Below the pieces are notes generated by a model that was given only the letters and a program-made list of their open reading frames with translations, made no database searches and was not told the DNA's origin. DNA of 64,000 nucleotides from Psammoneis japonica (lineage: Eukaryota): NCBI GenBank assembly GCA_008632985.1, contig QPGO01000212.1, forward strand, positions 1-64,000, written 5' to 3'. Below are positions 1-12,515 of the stretch, piece by piece; the stretch's first letter is position 1, and the number at the start of each line of letters is the position of its first letter. The position numbers and the translations under genes are program-made.

Positions 1-381
1 CTTCCCCCGAAGACTGCATCATCTTCATTTGCTGGTCTCGAGGACGAAGGGAGGATGCTCCATTGGGCACTTGCCAACGGCTCCGACTGCAAGATCCTCG
101 ATGATGTGAAGGCGAGCGACCTTTGTGTCCAAGGAAGGATGGATGCCACCAGCAATCTGTGGTCAGCACTTTGCAACTTTCGCTGTGTCCTTGGATGCTG
201 GATCAAGGACTTCGACAATGCGGAGCTGTGGAAGTCCCTGGATGCACACGCAAAGGTTCTCTGGTCGCACCCGGGCCGCACGTAGCTCAAGAATCTCGAG
301 GACCCCAAGCCAGTCATCGCCAGCATCCTGGACGATTTCCAGACTATCATCAAAGTCTACTTTGAGATCGGAGACTCTCCA

Positions 382-930
382 TTGTACCGTCAGGCGGTAG
401 AAACCGGGCGTCCGCTGAGCTGTCAGACAGCAAAGGACGCTCGCACTCTGGTCAAGTCCCTCATTGCGGACCTCAACACCGCGATCACGCGGGGCAAGCC
501 TCTGGCCTTTGCGGAGGCATCTACATTGGCCCTTGTCCCCCTGGGCAACTCTGTTTTCCCCTCTGCTGGCGGAACGAAGGACAATGCGACCAAGTCTGGT
601 CAACCTCCGAACAAGAAGCCGCGCACGGGGGAAACAGATGAAAAAACCGCCGAGCTCTGCAAGGCGATGGGTGTGCTCAATTTTTCGGGCACGAAGCGGC
701 TCCCGGCCAGCCCCGTTTTCTACAAGAAGCGAGGATCAGATCAGGAGGAACGTGTCTGCATGCACTTTTGTGCTGAGGGGTGCTTCTGCAAGTTCCCCAA
801 CTGCCCGAAGCCCCACCCATCGTCACTCTCCAAGATTCCAAGTGAAAAGAGGGATGCCTTTTGCCAATTTGTCAAAGACACCCCGGGACTCGATTTTGTC
901 CCTGGCAAGGGCCCAGACGGTGCGTCCTAA
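382..930 (+). pseudogene. gag-like ORF1, C-terminal part with CCCH zinc finger
   Basis: CMHFCAEGCFCKFPNCPKPH resembles a CCCH finger. It lies directly upstream of the RT ORF; the upstream part (1-380) is disrupted. Confidence 0.6.
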
Positions 931-1056
931 TCAGGTTCGAAAGTTCCTAGTCTATGCACTGCACCCTGTTGCTGATGCAGTGTTGTCCAAAACTGTTTTA
1001 TTTTTCACTCTCGATTAGCCCACGTTGTCCCGGATGGGTCCGTTCGTCTCATCGCA

Positions 1057-4000
1057 ATGGATGTCGACAACGATGGCGATCAGGAGTACGAGGTGATCAA
1101 TGCAGAGCAAGAAGAGACCGGAGTGAGTGTCGATGATGCCATCTCAGCCATTGACGCTACACTTGCCACGTCGGTGAAGGAGCCGCACCTGAGCCTGCGC
1201 CAAGATGCGGTCACGCCGCAGCCTCCCGTCGACGAGAAAGAGCTGATTGAGCCATTCCCTGCCTTCTCCATGGTCCATAAGAAGAAAGGGACCGATTTGA
1301 TTCCTGCAATCAACAATGGCTTCAATGAGAAGGCATGTGAGCACTTTGCCAATGCGGAACTGTCACCGGGCGTGCGTGCTGAACTGGACCAAAAATTCGG
1401 CAAGGAAAACTTGAATCAATGTTTCTTGTCGGAAGCGTGTTTGCGTCATGTGTTGTTGCCGCTGTTGAAATCCGGATGCCTGTCGCCACCGGTTGATTGC
1501 ATGAGTGACTCGTCTGCCCAAATCGTCTTTGGGGGCGACTGGGAGAACTTTGGAGCGGCCATCCCGGAAGCAGCCGAGTTTATGAGTCTGGTCCGGGAAC
1601 ATGGCGACATCGACTTTAATCCTCTTCAAGGCTGCCCCAAGGGATGGCAAAAGGAGACAACGGTCAATGCGGACAGAGCTGCGATGACAACTGCCGCGTT
1701 GTTGCATTTTGATGGCGACCCAGCAAACCTGGTTTGCTGGGTTGGCGGACCGCATGTCGGTGAACACAGATGCACGCAGAAAATGCTCCGCTTTCTACAA
1801 GGTCGTGCACCCGACGAGACAATGGCACACGTTTGCCGTATCTTCCAAGACGGGGTGCCAGCGAAATGCAACACTGCTTTCTCTGAAGCCAACTTCCAAG
1901 CAGCTCTCAAGTGCGGAAACCACAAGACTGTCGACGCTGCACCTGACAAAACATTGGCGGCAGTCGTCAAGGACAATCGCAAGGGTTTCACACTGCTTTT
2001 TGACCAGCGTCTGGTGCTGCACTTGCTGAACTGCCATCTCACTCCTCAGGGGATGGTGGACCTTGACAAGAAGCACAAGAGTCCGCGCCCCATCTTCGAC
2101 AGCACGATGCGAGCCACTCCGGGCGGTGTGGCAATCAACGACACATTGGACCTGAAGCACGAACTGCCGATCACGTTCCCACAGTGGAAATGGACTTTAT
2201 GGTGTGGATGTGGAACATGAGAATGTCCCACCCACACGAGGAGATCTGCCTCGGCGATGATGATGTGAGTGGCGCTTTCCGCAACATGAAGCACCACCCG
2301 AACCTCATCGGGATGCATGCGACGCGTTCCAGCTCTAGGTGGGACCTCGTGCTGCTGAACTGTGACATCGATGGTTTTTTGGATCGCACCGCATGTCGCG
2401 CACGTAGAAAGGTGCGTGACTTTTCTGAAATTTTATGTCATTTTGTGGTGCACTTGTTGAGCGATCCGTCCAACAACTTTTGACATTTTTTCTTCTACGC
2501 CATTTGCAAATGTCTTAAGAATGGTGCAGGGCAGGCAGATTGCCGAAAACGTCAAGAGGCAATGGTCATAATTGTGCCACAAACTTGGTCATTTATTTGA
2601 TGTTGAAGATGAAAACATCCATTGATTAAATTCTCTTAATGCAGAGCTCGTGCGTAGAATTCTGCGGGCCGAATGTCACAAAAAGTCCCACCTGGGACTG
2701 GAACCCGTCATGCCAGCGTCCAGTGTGGACCAGGCATCCTACAGACGGGTTGCACCTTCGGCAATGAGACCAACCCAAGCAACTGGGATGCTGTTGCCAA
2801 TGCAAGACAATGCCTTGCTCAATGCTTCTGGCCAGTGCCCAATGTGGTGGAGCTCGCCCAGCAGCATCTCCCAACGACATCATTCGCGGAACCTCCCACA
2901 GCTGAAGAGGTGGCATCATTCTGTCCTGCGGAAGCAGATGCCATCAATCCGGGCGTGTTCCTAGATGGCAACCGTCTCCCACCAACATGCAAGCACCACG
3001 TCGATGACAACTTCTGCAGCGACATGCGTGACTTGATGAAAAGAACAGTCGCTGCAAGCGCCCTGGCCGTGTGCGCAGTGTTGGGCTTCCCACGCGATGA
3101 AACTCCAGATTTCCCAAGCAAAGAGAAACTGGACACACTGTGCTCGCATCTCCAATGAGCCCTGGGAAGATGCTTCAACTCAAGAGCGCTGTCGGTGGGA
3201 ATGCTCCCACACAAACGAGAACAGTTCCTTGAAACTTTGCGAGAATGGCGTGACAAACAACGGCATGCACTGTTGGATGCAGCGAACCTGAATGGCCAAC
3301 ATGAATTCCACACGCGGCATTGTCCATGGGCTTGGCCGAATTCTTTTGCACTCCAGAACTCCACGCGGCGGGCTGTGGTCGTCCAATGCGCCATTGTCAA
3401 ACGAATCATGGAGCGACAAAATTTCAAATTAAATTTTGAAACTCAACTGCCGAGCCATCTCAGAAATGGGCTGCCGAGCTCACTTGCGCGCACACAAGCC
3501 CAGCTCCTCTGTGAGCTGAAGATCAAGATCCCGATGACATCCGATGTCATTGATGTGACAAAGGATGCAGTGTCCCACATCGAGTCAACGCCAGACCCAT
3601 GGGCAGCACCGATTGGGTGTGTCACACCACGAGTGCCCCATTGCCAAGCAATTGGAGATGCTGGCAATGCAGGTGGAGGAGCCCACTGCGCGGAACTCAA
3701 ATTTTGGTTCGCATTTCTTTGGGGACCAAAAACAGCAAAAGGGCTCCGGCTGAGGAAGGCCTCTGACCCAGAACATGTCCATGTCAACACAGCAGAGTTT
3801 GTTGTCATCACACTCAAGCTGGCAGCTGCAATTGTCCGCATGGAGACTGTGACCCGAGGCCCATGAGTTCTTCTGGAATGGCGTTGTCCTGCTGTACCTG
3901 GTCGTCAGGAGTCGTTCAGACAACATGGCATTGGTCAACCGGTCCAACAAAGCAACGTCAAAGTCGCCACAGGGGCAACGATTTGTCTGGGTCTTCTGCG

Positions 4001-4305
4001 AATTGCTCCGCCGTGCTCGTGCCAACTTCAACGGAGATCACATCTTTGGCGACGAAAATTTTGTTGCCAACGACATCTCACGACCTTCTGTTTTTGCCTT
4101 GATCTCGCATCACACCCATTCTGAACAGCTGTTTTGGAAGCATCCCTTTCTGAAGACCTGGGGCCATTTCCAGCCGAGTCAAGAGCTGCTGCAGCTCCTC
4201 TCCTCACAGCTGTCTACCAAGCACAGAATGGCACCCCAGATCCCAAGCGACTTGGGACAGCTCGTTCCCACAGAATCCATTTCCTCTGCTTTTACAAGAC
4301 CATGA
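1057..4305 (+). pseudogene. Reverse transcriptase / RNase H of the YR retrotransposon, frameshifted and interrupted by a MITE
   Basis: RT-like motifs RPIFDS, DDVSGAFR, CTFGNETNPSNW and HVDD (YVDD expected). RNase H-like motifs GDAGNAGGG, HVNTAEF and HIFGDENFVANDISR. These are spread over ORFs starting at 1057, 2184, 2673, 3195 and 3925. Confidence 0.8.
2321..2709. mobile_element. MITE (389 bp) with 25 bp terminal inverted repeats and 4 bp TSD ATGC
   Basis: 2321-2345 gacgcgttccagctctaggtgggac matches the reverse complement of 2685-2709 (gacgggttccagtcccaggtgggac) at 21/25. ATGC lies on both sides. Removing the insert restores the RT frame IGMHASVQCGPGILQTGCTFG. Confidence 0.85.
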
Positions 4306-5381
4306 AGTGGCATCCAGGAGATCCGGAAATGACTGTGATTGGCAAGGACCTAAAGCACTGCCAACTGGTGCCAGCTGTGCATGCGTTACATCCAGCTAGC
4401 GGCTCCACTCTCTGCTGCAAGAACATCTCCTCAGGTGCCATCAAGGAACATGTCCATGACGTGACAACGTTCGTGTCTCTGTTTGGTTCCACGTGTCGGG
4501 ACGTCCGTAAAGACAATGGCGTGGACACCAAGATGGGGTGGATCCTCAGGGGAGCATTTGATGAACTCCAACGGCACGAGAAAGTCCCGGAAAGGCGTGA
4601 GTCATGCACGTTGCTCATGCAGCAACGAGCGACGTCGATGGCAGACACTGTGCAAGAAACCGACCCGGATGCGATTGAAGTGGTCCTTGCTGACTGGTTT
4701 GAGATTGGGCCAATGGCCGGCTTGCGAAGTGTCGAATGGGCTCAATCCAATGAGCACTCAGACCTGGAGAACCCAAGGCTGAACATCTTCGAGGAGACCT
4801 GCGCGTTCTGCCTCAACGACGTCCGCTGCGAGACAAATGACAAGCACCAACATGCCGGGGCGGATTGTCTTACCCCCAAGCAAGAGGATGTCGAGAGCAT
4901 GTGCGTCACGTTCCGAGCTCAGAAGAACATGCACAACGGCGAGGAACGCCAGTTTGCTGTGAATCTCGATGGCAAGCACAACTTGGTAAAGCCGATGCTT
5001 CGCGTTGTCCGACGTTTCGTGCGGGTCCGTGGTGAGGACGACAAGATCTGCCCCCTTGCTCTCTACTTCAATCCAAAGAAGGACAAGTGCCGTCTCGTCA
5101 CGTCCAAGAAAATCGAGACCCACATGCGCCGAATTGCCGCAGAAGCACACCACCTCGACCCGGTGAAAGACAAGAAAGCTCTTGGCAAATGGTCGGCTCA
5201 CTCCCTCCGTGTTGGAGCCTGCAATGTCCTTAACGAGATGAATTTTAGTGGCGAGCAGATCAAATGGCTGCTCAGATGGCGATCTGATGCCTTTGTGGCT
5301 TATCTCCACAACTGCCTGGGTCTTTCCCAGGCCCATTGTCGAGCTCTTGATGAGGCGGCACCCACGCCGCTCTTCGACTAA
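4134..5381 (+). CDS. Tyrosine recombinase of the retrotransposon (open frame but mutated; true start uncertain)
   Basis: Catalytic motifs GLRSVE (R), FRAQKN (K), HSLRVGA (HxxR) and RWRSDAFVAY (W, Y). Confidence 0.85.
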   Translation: MEASLSEDLGPFPAESRAAAAPLLTAVYQAQNGTPDPKRLGTARSHRIHFLCFYKTMKWHPGDPEMTVIGKDLKHCQLVPAVHALHPASGSTLCCKNISSGAIKEHVHDVTTFVSLFGSTCRDVRKDNGVDTKMGWILRGAFDELQRHEKVPERRESCTLLMQQRATSMADTVQETDPDAIEVVLADWFEIGPMAGLRSVEWAQSNEHSDLENPRLNIFEETCAFCLNDVRCETNDKHQHAGADCLTPKQEDVESMCVTFRAQKNMHNGEERQFAVNLDGKHNLVKPMLRVVRRFVRVRGEDDKICPLALYFNPKKDKCRLVTSKKIETHMRRIAAEAHHLDPVKDKKALGKWSAHSLRVGACNVLNEMNFSGEQIKWLLRWRSDAFVAYLHNCLGLSQAHCRALDEAAPTPLFD

Positions 5382-5660
5382 TCTTCTATGTTCGGATTCA
5401 ATGTATCTCGTTCCCACACGTCCTCTCTGCGTGATGTAAAACCGCTCACTGTCGTCCCATTGCACCCGAAATTCCAACTTTGAAATTCGAAATTTGATCC
5501 CAACATTGGGATCGCATGCATGCATTCAAGAGGAACATTCGTTCCTCCATCACATTCGAAGAAAATGCACACATGTCTCTTTTTTTTTTCCGGTTGGCTC
5601 TGCCTCCGATGACATGGGCGCGTTCGCAATGCTTTCAGCATTCCGCGTCGGCAGCATGGT

Positions 5661-5909
5661 CTGCACACAGTGAAAAAGGGAACCAATTGCTTGGCACTGG
5701 CGATTCCAAGCCCAGTCCCATGTCCCAATTGCTTCACCTGCTAGCGACTGTTTCATCGTGGCAACAATGTGAGTCTACACACGGATGTGAGCACCACGCA
5801 TGTTACAGACGACATCAATGTGTTGCATCGACAGAGAAAAGACGCTTCCACTGTGCCATGTCATCGGAGTGCAGACAGCCGAGGCGGAGGCAGGGAATCC
5901 GTGGGATTC
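5661..5909 (+). repeat. Direct repeat copy 1 (candidate B1 split repeat)
   Basis: ctgcacacagtgaaaaagggaaccaattgc...gtgggattc recurs at 6147-6400. Confidence 0.85.
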
Positions 5910-6146
5910 TTGCAGCCAAGACTCCAAGCCAAGCAAGGAGAGGACCTCCTTGACTGGACCGAGAGTCACCGCGCGAATGTAGGAGCAAAATGGGTTGAAG
6001 GACGGATGACGGACGAGACGAGCAGAAACGAGGCCAGCCCAAGGGATCCCCTCATTGTCTGGCAGGATGGGAGACACCATGGTGCTGTCGGAGGCGTCTC
6101 CCAGGAGATGCCAATGATGAAAATCGAAAACCCGCCACTCCCTCCC

Positions 6147-6400
6147 CTGCACACAGTGAAAAAGGGAACCAATTGCTTGACACTGGCGATTCCAAGCCCA
6201 GTCCCACACCCTGGTTGCTTCACCTGCTAGCGACTGTTTCATTGTGGCAACAACATGAGTCTACGCACGGATGTGAGCACTGCGCACATTGTGGACGACA
6301 TCAATGTGTTGCATCGACAGAGAAAAGATGCTTCCACTGTGCCATGTCATTGGAGTGCAGACAGCCGATCCGAGGCGGAGGCAGGGAATCTGTGGGATTC
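6147..6400 (+). repeat. Direct repeat copy 2 (candidate B2 split repeat)
   Basis: Near-identical to 5661-5909; differences are mostly reciprocal TG/CA. Confidence 0.85.
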
Positions 6401-7039
6401 ACGACAACTCACGACATTTTTGGCTGTTCAGGCATTTCGGGTCATTTGATTCAATGACCTTGGCGATTGCACAGCACTCTCGCCAAAATGATCGTTGTTC
6501 ATTCATTGGTGTCTTAAGATTTTATAAGAGGACCAGATCTTCGCCATTCATTTGTTGATCTTAATTGACATTGTTCATGTGTGAATGTCTCAACTTGTCG
6601 GGATCGCCAAAACAAGAATGTTGTCGATGTTGCATTCAAGAAAAGAAAATTTGCAAGTTGGCCGATTCGGAAATGTCCCAGCGAACCAGACTTTGCGGAA
6701 ATGCGAAATGCGCGGAATTTTTGCGTGCAACTCCGTGACCAAAAGAGGGGGTCACGGAACATGATCTGTGATTGCTTCGGCCGCTCTTTCTTGGAGATTT
6801 GTTTCGAAAAGTTAGGGAAGCAACGGTTGTCGGCGTTTGCTTCAAATCGGATTTGAATCAGGTGCACACCCGTCCAACATCTTTTCACTTTAAAAAACCA
6901 CAGCATTGGGTTTTCTTCTTAAGAGGCCTTCGCCAAAGCCCGAGCTGCTCAGGCCACTCAATCGCTCGTTGTTTGTGTTGTTTTGGGTGCACGAAGAAAG
7001 TTCATTTTCCTGAATGGAATCAATTCAAAGTTTTCCCAC

Positions 7040-8700
7040 CAACACAAACAAAGAGCAGCCTTGCGAGTTGAGTTGTGAGTCAAGGAAGAGCAGACAACAT
7101 TGTGATTGTTGACAGGATGGCAAGTGTGACCGTTGATCTCAATGTCAGCAGTGGTGTTGCGGGAAGATGCAGATCTGGGAGGTTTCTTGCCAGAGTGGAC
7201 TGAAGGTGGCCTTTCAGGTGCAAGAAGATGTTGCAGGTCACCGGGTGGCAAAGGCTTGCACCTGGTGAGGCGGGCCAGGATGGGGTTGGCATCGGCGCCG
7301 GCATCAGCTGCAGCGTTGGGTGGTTTGGTGGCCAACACAAGATTGTGAGCATTGGCCAACAAGTTGACATCACCATTGCTGCCAAGACGGAAGTCGTGCA
7401 GGTTGACTGCCATTGAGTCATGGCAGTTGCCAGCATGGGCAGTGTGCAAGCCAAGGATGATGGCCTTGGTGGACCAAGGCAAGGTGTCCCAGATGCGCTG
7501 GTGGTCCGGCGGAATGCAGTGCCGTTGTTCCCTGGTGAGGGAGTTGCCGTGAGTCTGTGCAGCACAAGCTTGGATGACGTCAACATCACTGTTGATGTCA
7601 AAGAATGTGTTGTCATCAGGGTCATCAGGAGCCAGGTCATGTTTGCAGATGAGGCTGGTTCAGGGTTGAACGCACTGTTGCTTTGTGCCGCTGCAGAAAG
7701 CAGGAGCCCCCTGCTCGCATGAAAGGCCCAAACCATTCTGCGCGCAGAACTGATTGGCTTGGTTCTTTGCCAAACAGAGTTCTTTCTTGACAGGGAGAAA
7801 GGCATTCTCAAACATGATGTGTTTCTGGCCAGCAGAGAAGCAGTCCATGTCCGGCATGAGAGCTTCACACTTGCAAAGTTGGTCCTGCCAGTGAAGCACA
7901 AAGGCATGGGTGGAGCCTTTCCAGGTGCTGTCACCAAGACAAGCAGTGGTGAGGTATGTGAGAAGGGTCAAGGACTCAAGGGATGCACGAGCAGATGCAA
8001 GGGCACACTTGGACAGTTTGGGACACACTGCTTGAGCATCAGAGGAGCCGACATGTTCACAAATGAGTGCCTTGCCTTTGTCACTTTGCAAGATGCATTT
8101 GAATGCGGTGCCTTGTCCTCAGTGGCAGAGGGCTTGTGCATCGGATCAAGAATGTGGTCAACATCCTGGGAGCAGGCCTGAGCAACAATGGAGGTGTGCC
8201 ACGTGTGCCACTGTTTGTCAGACTTGAGAGTCGCAAAGGCAAGAGGGCAATGTTTGATGCCTCATTTAAAGTCACGCATGGGGTCACATGGTTTTGGGGG
8301 CAATGAGCCAGGAGTGGGAGCAGATGGCACCACACCCATGGAGAGGGATGCCATGCACTTGGGACTAAGATGACAGTTGGCAAACTCCTCATGTGCAAAC
8401 AAGTTGGGGTTGTTGCTAACATCAGGGCCACCGCGTGCTTTTGCAGTGTGCAGACTAAACAACACAGCTGTCTGTGCTTTGCAGCCATGCAGCAAGGGCA
8501 TTTGATTGGTGCCGTCATTGTAAACTGGGGCATCCAGTTGCGCCGGAGCAAAAGTGAAGAGATCCTGGTGTGAGGCAGTGCCATCAATGCTGAGGGCGGA
8601 GTTCAATGGACTGTCTGTGGCTTGATTTGGAACAGTGCCTAAAATGTGCTCAAAGCCATTGGTTTGTTGCTGCCTGGTGAGAACCATGGTGCAACTGAGT
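7040..8700 (-). mobile_element. Degenerate Ty1/Copia (CoDi-type) gag remnant
   Basis: QSDKGKALI...DAQAVCPKL...LLTYLTTACLGDSTWKGSTHAFVLHWQDQL resembles diatom Copia gag as I recall it. It is multiply frameshifted, pol is absent, and boundaries are approximate. Confidence 0.65.
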
Positions 8701-10778
8701 GGGTGTTAGAACTGGAGTTGGAGGGTGAGCTTGAAATGGCTTGAAACTTGACTGGAAAGTTGACTTGAACTCTTGAACTGTCTTGCAAATCAGAAGCCAC
8801 CGGGTCATGACATCCCATTCACACTCAAATGCTGAGCTTCCCATCCAGTCCGCAGAGTTGTGCCAGCACATCCAACCCTGCAGCTGGCGATGCTTTGGGT
8901 TGTGCCTGAGAGCAGAATGACGGGTTAAAAACCCCTGCTGACAAGCCAACCAGAGATGGACAAGACCTCCGAACCTTTCTCATTTTGCATCGGTTGGACA
9001 ACCCAATCAGGTTGGCCAAATTGGTGCTGTGGAGGGACAAACAAATGTGGGAAATGCACCCTCGCCCCAACACAGGCTGCAATCATGAACTGCTTCCTCT
9101 CACAGTCATCCTCAGGGACCTTGTGGAACTGCAGAAGACCAGCAATCTGGTGCAGACATGTGGCAGCAGACTTGGCATGCGTTGAGCAGGGCCAGAGTCA
9201 TGCGATCACATCGTGTGCGCGTGAACGCATGCGGATGGATTGGTCTGTCTGCCAACCAGGGTAGAATCTGCTGCAGGGAATCTGGAATCTCAAATGTCTG
9301 AGAATGTGGGAGGAGTTCCTGACCAAACAAATGTCCGTTGAATGAATGTGTCTGGCAATGGCAGGCATTGGATGGATCCAAATGCACAGATTCAATCCAA
9401 CATGCAGCAGTGAAGAAGGCAGGCACACACTTCGCCAACGGTGCGTGTCGTGGAAATTTTCATGAAGATGAAAGCTCAATGGACAAAAAATGAGCAAGAC
9501 TGTCAATCTGACAGAAATTGAAGATGCCTGGGTGGAAGAAAACAACAACTCCTTGCTGCTGTCTAAATGGCAGATGAGTCTCCGTGTAGAGACAGTCACA
9601 GGAGCCAAAAGACTGGTGTTATGATGCCGGCGCTGCTGTTGTTGTTCTTGTGAGCCGTGAGGCTCAAAAGCAAACTACATCACGCATCGCGCGGAACCAA
9701 GAGCATGCGCAATTGTGTGTGACAAACTAAAATCTTGTTCAAATCCTGTCACTTGACGTCAAGTCTGGCTGCTGCATTGTGAGAGGAGAGGCATTCGATG
9801 TGATGGAATTGCTCTTGTGTCAGCATCTTAGATGTGGTTCATCTCGGCTTTGCCCTGCCAATTTCATGATGGAATGCATCACGTTCGAACAACGCACGAT
9901 GTGATTCAGATGATGCATTGTTCATGGTGTGTTCGCCACAAAGTTTGTGTGGGCTGGATTGATTGGGAGAGCAAGCACGGCATTTTTGAAAATGGAAGAC
10001 AAGCATTCTCGAAAATGGATGGGGGGGATTCTCAAGAATGAGCATTTCCCAAAGTCCGCGAGCGCGAGGAGTCACGTGCCATTTTTAAGAATCGAATTTT
10101 GACAAGATTCTGGAATCAGTTTAAGAATTTTTGATTAAGAGTGGTCGGTCGCTACTTTTTTTAGCTCGAATTCGGCCGAATGGCTTGTGATTTGCATCAT
10201 TTTTTCTGAATTTCACCGTGCTTCACTGTGGTGAAAACCGCAAGCCACAAGCATGCGACGGAAGTGTGCCGGCTCCATACTCTCATTGGTGTTATGCTCG
10301 CCATGTATTGTATGATCAGCATCAGATGATAGTTCGGAGGCGGAGCGCTACGTTTTTGAGAAACATTGACCATTGCATCATCGTCGTGCTTCGATCGCGG
10401 TGCCGATGCTTCTCGTTTTCGTGCGCGATCGGGTGGGAACATGGATAATTTTTGTATTCAAAAATAAACACTAATAAATAGCCTTATTCAAATCGCACGG
10501 TAATTCTAGGATAAACGAGGGGGTGACCCCTCTTAAAAATGCGCGCACTAACAGATCCGTGATCCATGATCTCGCGCGAAGATCACGCGGCGCGCTGGAG
10601 TGAAGTTCGGTGAGGAGATAGGATGTCCAAATCGGGCGAACACTGTAAGCAATCTACTCTACTAGCTAGTAGCTCTGCAACAAAACAGTGGAATTAAAAA
10701 ATGTAAGCATGCTTGACGAAGCATGCAGTAACAACAGCGAGCCAAAACCCACATCCACACACTACCGTACGGAGTACA

Positions 10779-12515
10779 ATGAACACACACAAAACCCACG
10801 ATCGAACTTCTACCGACTTTGCCCGGCCAATACCAGCTGCCTACGTCCACAAGCACATCAGGGATTTAGTAATCTCCCATGAGAGGAGAGATGCTGGGGA
10901 AATCGACAATTATCACTGTACAGAGAGCTATGCCATATCATATGCACAAAGGAGATTGCTGAGCGAATGGCAGATGCAAAACCATTTAGAGTCAACGATA
11001 CGCATGCTGGCCGTTCGCGGAGCAAGCATGTGGATTGATAGGTTCGCAAGGCCGAGAAACTACGGTGGAAAGGCCTGGGCCGTTGAGGGGCTAGCACCGT
11101 ACAGCATCCACAGGGTGCTAGTCTCTGGCATGTTCCGTCGAAGTGGACAAGAGGACAACAACTACCCTGGGGCCTGTCCGCTACGAAGAGGGCCCAGGAG
11201 AAGCTGCGGCTTCCACTTTTGTCCAGCAAGTCAATACGGGGAGATGATAACCAGCACTTCCGTAAGGGACGGAATGTTATGGTCCATTATTGAGGTTCCG
11301 TCGTGGGCTGTTATTGAAGACAAGCTTGCAGGGATATCACCAGCGAAAAGGGAGCCCTTTGAAACACTGTTAAACGAAATGTTCGAGTCACTGCCACGCT
11401 GGATCATCGGTGGAGGGAGGGTTACGTGCGACATAATAGACTTCGCAAGGGCCTGGCCCATAGCGGAACGGGCCACGGGAGCAATGAGACACAACCTATT
11501 TGTGAGCGCAAGCGACTATGCTGACGCAATTCTGTTGACTGTCGCCACAACAGCGGTGATGATCATGAAATACGCCGAGTACGAGCAGGGATCCGACTTG
11601 ACCGAGTTCTGGGCGGCCTGCGGATTCCTTGCAACGCTGTGCTGGAAGTCCATGGACGATGAAAGAGAAATACTAACTGTCGAGAGGATCGATCGCTTGA
11701 TACGTGCTGTGGAACCGGAACGGGTAAACATGCAAGCCCCGTCAATGGCACTATTTGTTTTCTACGGGGCTGTAATACACAGCGAGGCGGACAAATGTTC
11801 CCTGTTATTCGGCAACACTGAGATGAGGGGACTCTCAGAAGAGGAAAAGATTGAAAGGCTCCTCTCTGGAGGGAGAGTACCATTGAAAGCTGCTCTGAAC
11901 GGGTCTTTCCTCGACTACTACTACCGGTGGGGCAGTAGCGGCGTCGCCGTCGACGAGACTGCCTCCCGCCAAAACGGGGAGTGCCTCAGACTGGTGAGAG
12001 GACTACCATTGTTCTTTAACAAGCTAGTTGACCAATGGCTTGAAGCGAGAGGACACCAGAACTCTAGCTTTCAGCGTCGGCTCGTTGGCGGCTTTCACGG
12101 TTGTGACCCAACGGAGACGATTGTGCGGCTTGTCGGCCAGCAGGTACGGGTGAAACTGTACTTACGATCTTCCGAGATCGGCAGGCATGCCATGGACTAC
12201 GTCATCATCGCCCATGTCAACGACGCCAACCATGCTCTACACAGCTGGACCGAAGTGGATGGGGCGGTGTTGGAGGGCTATATCCGCCGTGGAAACATGA
12301 CGTTTAAGGCCAAGGACGTGGCATACTACGACGGGCGGGTTGAGGAGGGAGACTGGGCCGAGGCCGATAGGATCGCCCTCGTAAAGAGCCTGAGGGATGA
12401 GCACAAACAAAAAGCCAATGCTACATGTTGCCAGATTAAAACCTGGAGGACCACAGGTGCCGGGCAGAGTATGGAAGTGTGGGGTTCACCAGCGCGCAGT
12501 TCTTCGAGCAGCTAA
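10779..12515 (+). CDS. Hypothetical protein (~578 aa), no recognised domain
   Basis: Long uninterrupted ORF in a region of normal TpA content, where long ORFs are not expected by chance. Tyr usage is normal; first ATG at 10779. Confidence 0.65.
   Translation: MNTHKTHDRTSTDFARPIPAAYVHKHIRDLVISHERRDAGEIDNYHCTESYAISYAQRRLLSEWQMQNHLESTIRMLAVRGASMWIDRFARPRNYGGKAWAVEGLAPYSIHRVLVSGMFRRSGQEDNNYPGACPLRRGPRRSCGFHFCPASQYGEMITSTSVRDGMLWSIIEVPSWAVIEDKLAGISPAKREPFETLLNEMFESLPRWIIGGGRVTCDIIDFARAWPIAERATGAMRHNLFVSASDYADAILLTVATTAVMIMKYAEYEQGSDLTEFWAACGFLATLCWKSMDDEREILTVERIDRLIRAVEPERVNMQAPSMALFVFYGAVIHSEADKCSLLFGNTEMRGLSEEEKIERLLSGGRVPLKAALNGSFLDYYYRWGSSGVAVDETASRQNGECLRLVRGLPLFFNKLVDQWLEARGHQNSSFQRRLVGGFHGCDPTETIVRLVGQQVRVKLYLRSSEIGRHAMDYVIIAHVNDANHALHSWTEVDGAVLEGYIRRGNMTFKAKDVAYYDGRVEEGDWAEADRIALVKSLRDEHKQKANATCCQIKTWRTTGAGQSMEVWGSPARSSSSS

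Larger units (their letters stand above)
1..6400 (+). mobile_element. Tyrosine-recombinase retrotransposon (DIRS order, Ngaro/PAT-like), 5' end outside window, degenerate
   Basis: Same-strand order gag-like ORF, RT/RNase H, then an overlapping tyrosine recombinase ORF, followed by a pair of ~250 bp direct repeats as in split-direct-repeat elements. Confidence 0.85.

Noticed and set aside
9617..9825. Possible solo or 5' LTR of the gag remnant (tgttatga...tcagca)
   Set aside because: No partner LTR, PBS or TSD could be verified.
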